A stretch of DNA of 64,000 nucleotides from Bacteroidota bacterium (GTDB taxonomy: Bacteria; Bacteroidota; Bacteroidia; UKL13-3). The notes under the pieces were generated by a model. It saw nothing but the letters and a program-made list of their open reading frames with translations. It made no database searches and had not been told where the DNA came from. The stretch lies in contig CANLPK010000004.1 of NCBI GenBank assembly GCA_947492885.1, positions 771-64,770 on the forward strand, read 5' to 3'. The position numbers and the translations under genes were made by a program. Positions 58,813-64,000 of this stretch are shown one piece after another (the first letter of the stretch is position 1; every line of letters begins with the position of its first letter).

Positions 58813-59898
58813 CTATCTTTTAAAGGCTTGCATCACGGGTAAGGCTCTTCGATTAAAATTGAAGAGTGCCTGATTCTCCCAAGATGATCCAGTAGTAGAA
58901 ACAGGTCCCTTAAATGCAACCCATTCGCTACCCCAGTAACAAAATCCCATACCCAATTTATTCTGCTCAAGGATGGAGCGAATCTTTTTCAAAAAGTTCA
59001 ATTGGCCAACAGAAGTGGGTTCATAGGTACTAACAAGTTGTGAAGTGTCACCTATAATATTATTGGTATAATCATTCCATCCAAGTGTGAATGGATAGGA
59101 TGTTTCGGCAATCACCACCTTTTTTCCTGTTAGTGAAGTTAATCGTTTTAAACTTTGTTCTAAAGTGTCTAAGTTGCGCCCATGCCATATCGGATAATAC
59201 GAAAGTCCCATGATATCGTAATCCAGTTTATTGGTTTGTAATAGGGTATAAAACCATTCTGAATTATTGAGCCCGGCGAAGTGAATAATTATCTTACTTG
59301 CTGGCAGTGCATCGCGACATGCCTTACTTCCCGCTTTCAATAAATCAATAAAATTGCTTTGATTATTTATACTTCCTATATTCCATAGTAATCCACCATT
59401 GATTTCATTTCCAATTTGCACATACTCGGGTTGTATCGCACTCATCACTCTTTTAGTGTAGGTATACACTGAATCTAATAAAACGGAAACACTTAATCCA
59501 TTCCATGCACCTGGTAATGCTTGATGGCCTGGATCAGCCCAGGTATCCGAATAATGAAAATCAAGCCAAACTTTCATCTTGTTTTGTTTGACTCTTTTGG
59601 CCAACTCATATACTTCATCAAAACTGCTGTGTGTATTCCCTGGATTCACCCATAGCCGAATTCTCACTGTATTGCATCCGGCAGATTGCATGATAGATAA
59701 TACATTTCCCCCTACACTATCAATATTGTAAAACTGGGTGCCCGTCTGTTCAATTTCGGGCAGGAATGATAAATCGGCACCACGAATAAACGTGTCTTCA
59801 ACAATGGTAATAATGGGAGGAGTTATCGGTGGAATTGTTTTCTTGCGGCAAGCAAAAACCAATACGATGGAAAGGAGTATGATTAAATATTTATGCAT
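58813..59898 (-). CDS. GH53 arabinogalactan endo-beta-1,4-galactanase lipoprotein
   Basis: Lipobox VFAC. RGADLSFLPEIE, VRIRLWVNP, DFHYSDTWADPG, VQIGNEINGG and IAETSYP are GH53 signatures. Confidence 0.85.
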   Translation of the reverse strand: MHKYLIILLSIVLVFACRKKTIPPITPPIITIVEDTFIRGADLSFLPEIEQTGTQFYNIDSVGGNVLSIMQSAGCNTVRIRLWVNPGNTHSSFDEVYELAKRVKQNKMKVWLDFHYSDTWADPGHQALPGAWNGLSVSVLLDSVYTYTKRVMSAIQPEYVQIGNEINGGLLWNIGSINNQSNFIDLLKAGSKACRDALPASKIIIHFAGLNNSEWFYTLLQTNKLDYDIMGLSYYPIWHGRNLDTLEQSLKRLTSLTGKKVVIAETSYPFTLGWNDYTNNIIGDTSQLVSTYEPTSVGQLNFLKKIRSILEQNKLGMGFCYWGSEWVAFKGPVSTTGSSWENQALFNFNRRALPVMQAFKR

Positions 59899-59916
59899 TG
59901 GCTAAGCGCCTGCAAT

Positions 59917-61161
59917 TTACTCAACAAAATACATATCAATATCCCCTTTGTTTTTGGCGGCTACCTTGCCACGGTATGAGCATTTGATATCGTCTTTCAC
60001 CAATTCGTAGGTAGTGTTAGATATATTAATTCTATTGGTATCGCCACTTTCTTGCATACGTGCTGCAGTATTTACCGTATCTCCCCAAATATCGTATGCG
60101 AACTTTTTAATCCCTACAACCCCTGCCACCAATGGACCGGTATGAATTCCAATTCGAATATCAAAGGCTACATTGGCATTTCCTTCACTTGCTGTTTTTA
60201 ATTTGTTTACTTCATTTAAAATCTCTTGCGATAATTGCACCGCACGAATGGCGTTGTCCTTAGTTTCCAATGGAATACCCACTGCACAGATATAGGCATC
60301 ACCCACCGTTTTTATTTTTTCTGCACCAAATTGCCCTACCAAATTATCAAAGATTTCATAGTACATATCAATAGTAGAAACTAATTCTTGAGGACTCAAT
60401 TTCTCACTTACCTTCGTAAAATCTTTAAAATCGGCGAATATCACCGAAACCATTTCGTAATGACGCGCACGAGTTTTACCTGTGCTCTTCAATTCCTCCA
60501 TCACCTCGGCAGGAAGAATATTAAGCAACAATTCATCACTGCGTTGCTTCTCTTTATCCAGTTGTTTATTTTTTTCATCCAAATTCTGTAATGCTGTATT
60601 TTTAGTATTTTCAAATACCAAGGCAATTAAAAAAATGAGTACTCCCAATCCGTTGAGGTTAGAGGTATTAAAAATAATTAGAATTGATTGATTGGTTTCG
60701 TCCGCAAATTGAAATCCATTCAATGTAAGTGCTCCAATAAATGAAATGGTGAGATAGGTGACGATAGTCCAAATCCATCCACTTCGTTTATTAATGAGCA
60801 TGAGTGATGCGATGGGTAAAACAGCGAGCCAAGGCAAACTCGTAGAAATAAGACCACCAGTATAAAAAACAGTAACCACCACCCCAATCGTTCCGATGAG
60901 GATATACCCATTGGTAAGCACCTTTAAGGGTAGTAAATCGTGTTTTAATAAAAAGGGTAAAAGTAGAAACCCTATTACATTAAATGCCATGGCCCAAAGC
61001 ACGTGTGGCATCCCCGCCATGTAAGAAGTGAGGAAATAAAAAGATGAAAATAAACTTGTAATAAAACAAGTTGTAACAAAAAGTCTGACTTTCCGAAATA
61101 CCTCTTCATCATTTCGGTATTTATCAGGAATAAAGTTCAGTATAAATTCTTTGATATTCAT
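59917..61161 (-). CDS. membrane-bound class III adenylate/guanylate cyclase
   Basis: About 6 TM helices, a coiled coil, and a CHD (VSVIFADFKDFT...KTVGDAYICAVG...GIHTGPLVAGVVG...YDIWGDTVNTAARME). Start at MNIKEF, 2 nt after the upstream stop. Confidence 0.85.
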   Translation of the reverse strand: MNIKEFILNFIPDKYRNDEEVFRKVRLFVTTCFITSLFSSFYFLTSYMAGMPHVLWAMAFNVIGFLLLPFLLKHDLLPLKVLTNGYILIGTIGVVVTVFYTGGLISTSLPWLAVLPIASLMLINKRSGWIWTIVTYLTISFIGALTLNGFQFADETNQSILIIFNTSNLNGLGVLIFLIALVFENTKNTALQNLDEKNKQLDKEKQRSDELLLNILPAEVMEELKSTGKTRARHYEMVSVIFADFKDFTKVSEKLSPQELVSTIDMYYEIFDNLVGQFGAEKIKTVGDAYICAVGIPLETKDNAIRAVQLSQEILNEVNKLKTASEGNANVAFDIRIGIHTGPLVAGVVGIKKFAYDIWGDTVNTAARMQESGDTNRINISNTTYELVKDDIKCSYRGKVAAKNKGDIDMYFVE

Positions 61162-61163
61162 AT

Positions 61164-63650
61164 TTAACCAATAAAATAAAATGCTATGATACATGCAAGC
61201 CACATCACCAATCCCTGAATAATACCTAGTATTGGAACCCATTTTAATGCAATGGTTTCGCAACGATCAAAGAGGTCGGGGATGGTTAACATCAAAAGCC
61301 CTTCTGCAATAAAGATATATATTGGAACTACACCCCACATTGGTGCATTTTCATAATGCCACCATTCAGCATGAATGGCAAGGTATTCATATAGCGGGAT
61401 AATCATACATCCTAACAAGCCTACAATTAGAGAAGTGATTAACAAATTATATTTCTTGTTGATTAAGAATCCAATATATCCAATTTGTGTTAGTACAACA
61501 ATCCAACTAAACGGCATATAGGCTGGAGATGCATAGAGCATGGGCTCATTGGGAGGATAAAATAAAGTATGGGTTACATTCACCAACCAATTGTCGGGTA
61601 ACAATTCGGTGAAACCTGCAGCTGCCGAGAACAATAGAAACCGCAGCAATATTTTATCATTAAACAAAATAGCATATAATAAATAAAGGCCAGAGAAACC
61701 ATAGCCCCACCATGCTGCTCCTTCCCATCCATGATATTTCCAAGCCGCCAATACCAAGCAGCCAATTGCAATGGGCATGCTCCCTAAAATAAACCAGGCT
61801 CTGCGTTTATCGGCATTTAGATCGGCATTATCGGGAAATATTTTTTTAATGATAAGCTTCACAAATCCTTCTACCAGGCAGAAGGCACTCCAAAATACCA
61901 TCGTAATTTTTAACCACAATGGAATATGCATCGTCCATGGTAATCCTTTCTTCCAGCGCGATTGATCATACAGCTTCATCGGTTCTAAGAACAACGGTTC
62001 TTCTAAATCCCATATGGTGCAATCTTCTGTATTGCTCTTATCTGCATCGAGTAAGCAGTTTACGGCTCTTCGGGCGGCCTCATTGGCGCCTTCCATTGTG
62101 GCCAAGTCGGTGAAGGTTCTCACATAATCGGCAGCAAAAAATAAATTGTTGATTTCACAATTAGCATCAGGGCGCAGATTCCAGGTATTAACATTGTTCA
62201 CCAATAAGGGTTCAATATTTTGAAGTTTATTATTCGGGTCGTTCTTCACCGAAAGTAAATCAAAAATTCTTTTACCACTAGGGTTCCCATCCTCATAAGC
62301 CGCTATCGTTGTCTTTGGACAGATATCACGATCGAGATACCAATCCACCAACATATCATCTCTTAGAATAACTTGTCCATCCACATTGATACTATTACAT
62401 AATTGTGCCCATACCTCATCCTTTATTTGTTTGGCATTACAATCATCTGCATGCAAGGTAGTGGTGAATTTACCCGGAGCAAACCAATCGCTAATATCCA
62501 CACTTAGTAACCCTTTCACCTTTCCATTGCCTCTGGTGGTGATATCAAAATCGTCCCAAAATTGAATTTGAGATATACAGGTTACAGCCCATTCACTATC
62601 ACAACAAATGATATGGCCATTATTCAAGACCACTTCTTCATTCAAATAAAATTGAATTCCATTCATCCAACTCACACTCGGAGCTAAATCTCGAATATAT
62701 TGCAAGGTGGCATCTGCTTTCACCATCTCATCTGAAATTAGCGCTGCAGCTCGCTCCACTGGTGTAGCCAAAATAAAATAGTCACCCGTCACTTCGAAAG
62801 TCGATTTGTCTTCACGCATCACTGTAGCTGACGTAACTTGTTCTGATTTATTGATATTAATCGCTACTACTTCATTACCTAGATGATACTGTACTCCTTT
62901 TGATTGAAGAAATGTAAGCCATGGGTTTAGCCATCTATCGTTGGTAGGACCATCCAATACCCTATCGGTATTAATTGCAGGATTGGTCATGCAAAATAAG
63001 AGTTGTAAAAAAATATCACCTCCCGTTTTGGTACTCGCTGTTTCGGCTCGAGCAGCAACCAAGGTACGTGTAAGCCCTTCTACCAATAAGCTTCGATAAG
63101 TATCACTAAATCGATCGGCTTCTAAATATTGCCACCATCCCAATCGCTCATAATCATTATTACGGCGCAACGTGCAACTCGTCATCAATTGCCATGTGCG
63201 CTCTGCAAAAAACTTTTCTTCCTCTTTGGTAAGTCCCGTATTGGTTCCAAAAATATCTTTCATCAACACTTCCAAGTCGGCCAAACTTTTCGGGAAAGAT
63301 GCATTGGCAACAATGGGAGCCATCCCATATCTCGCAATCATAATTCGGGAAGTGGGTGTCAAATTATCGTATACCGTAGATTGTTTTCCATTATTATTAA
63401 ATGGAATACGCTTCATGGTATCGATGATATGTTTGTAAAATCCAGGAAAAAAACGGAATCCATGTTCGCCTGGAAGTGGGGTTGGGTAAGGCTTATTGGG
63501 GTCGCCAAAATAATCAATACTTCGAGCTTTACCACCTACATAGGTGGTGTTTCTATCGTAAACTTCAACGGCGTAACCGCGCTCAATGAGTTCGTGGGCA
63601 GCACTCATACCAGCTACACCACCGCCTAGGATGACAACTTTTTTTTGCAT
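61164..63650 (-). CDS. FAD/NAD(P)-binding oxidoreductase (phytoene-desaturase/amine-oxidase superfamily) fused to a C-terminal ~8-TM membrane domain
   Basis: 828 aa. Dinucleotide fold KKVVILGGGVAGMSAAHELIERGYAVEVYDR and GEHGFRFFPGFYKHI. The last ~240 aa are polytopic (WLKITMVFWSAF ... IIAFYFIG). Confidence 0.7.
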   Translation of the reverse strand: MQKKVVILGGGVAGMSAAHELIERGYAVEVYDRNTTYVGGKARSIDYFGDPNKPYPTPLPGEHGFRFFPGFYKHIIDTMKRIPFNNNGKQSTVYDNLTPTSRIMIARYGMAPIVANASFPKSLADLEVLMKDIFGTNTGLTKEEEKFFAERTWQLMTSCTLRRNNDYERLGWWQYLEADRFSDTYRSLLVEGLTRTLVAARAETASTKTGGDIFLQLLFCMTNPAINTDRVLDGPTNDRWLNPWLTFLQSKGVQYHLGNEVVAININKSEQVTSATVMREDKSTFEVTGDYFILATPVERAAALISDEMVKADATLQYIRDLAPSVSWMNGIQFYLNEEVVLNNGHIICCDSEWAVTCISQIQFWDDFDITTRGNGKVKGLLSVDISDWFAPGKFTTTLHADDCNAKQIKDEVWAQLCNSINVDGQVILRDDMLVDWYLDRDICPKTTIAAYEDGNPSGKRIFDLLSVKNDPNNKLQNIEPLLVNNVNTWNLRPDANCEINNLFFAADYVRTFTDLATMEGANEAARRAVNCLLDADKSNTEDCTIWDLEEPLFLEPMKLYDQSRWKKGLPWTMHIPLWLKITMVFWSAFCLVEGFVKLIIKKIFPDNADLNADKRRAWFILGSMPIAIGCLVLAAWKYHGWEGAAWWGYGFSGLYLLYAILFNDKILLRFLLFSAAAGFTELLPDNWLVNVTHTLFYPPNEPMLYASPAYMPFSWIVVLTQIGYIGFLINKKYNLLITSLIVGLLGCMIIPLYEYLAIHAEWWHYENAPMWGVVPIYIFIAEGLLMLTIPDLFDRCETIALKWVPILGIIQGLVMWLACIIAFYFIG

Positions 63651-63942
63651 TATTTTTGGAATGATTAACTAGTATAGTACTTCAATTCGTTGGTGAAGGT
63701 AAAATTAAAATGCAATTATGAAAAAATATTTATGACCTAAAAATTACCCGCCTTTTTCTCTTTTAATAATTTCCTCTCAATTTCCTGATTAACAATATCA
63801 AACAGAAACCTAGTATGACTAACCTTAATTAAATTAACCAATGCATCCATTCTTATCTATTCTAGTGCCATTTAGCCCATTCCATAAACTCTTGAATTCA
63901 ATTTTCCTACACTTTAAAAATAAAAATTATTTTTGCTAAGTG

Positions 63943-64000
63943 ATGCAGCCATATATTGTAGGAATTACAGGAGGTAGTGCCTCCGGAAAAACAAGTTTTT
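63943..64000 (+). CDS. udk: uridine kinase (3' end outside window)
   Basis: MQPYIVGITGGSASGKTSF P-loop N-terminus. Only 19 codons are visible. Confidence 0.6.
   Translation, partial: MQPYIVGITGGSASGKTSF

Noticed and set aside
1-64000. Scan for CRISPR arrays, rRNA or tRNA genes, transposases, integrases, and flanking direct or inverted repeats of mobile elements.
   Set aside because: I found none by eye. The only repeats are the tandem paralog pair (42338-44008) and the intragenic repeat (39483-39695). A computational scan (tRNAscan, Rfam, ISfinder) would be needed to exclude small or degenerate elements.

Overview
This is a 64-kb chromosomal segment that looks like Bacteroidota. Three things support that: many ORFs end in T9SS-type C-terminal sorting domains (YPNP...), TAnnTTTG -7 boxes recur in front of genes, and there are no Shine-Dalgarno sequences. 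About 55 protein genes are densely packed. Most are housekeeping (hscA, uvrC, radA, accD, aroK, pgk, panC, ftsK, PDH-type E2, udk), mixed with envelope and transport genes (PorZ-like protein, MMPL/RND, MsbA-like ABC, Nramp, DAACS, EamA, PLD, Wzz-like, O-antigen-ligase-like) and regulators (ECF sigma/anti-sigma, orphan histidine kinase, DtxR/MntR, class III cyclase). I found no rRNA, tRNA, CRISPR array, transposase or integrase.

The items most worth follow-up:
1. A chorismate mutase / U32 Fe-S enzyme / mini-ferredoxin operon, translationally coupled, that looks like a self-contained prephenate-dependent hydroxylase module (968-2738).
2. An A/T-rich T9SS cargo operon with a beta-helix-like protein coupled to two tandem 271-aa paralogs of unknown function (39990-44008).
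3. A flavin oxidoreductase fused to a polytopic membrane domain and packed against a membrane adenylate cyclase (59917-63650).
4. Four separate gene lesions: an in-frame TAA, an in-frame TAG, an A8 frameshift and a lost start codon.

All functional calls come from motif recognition by eye. No database search was run.
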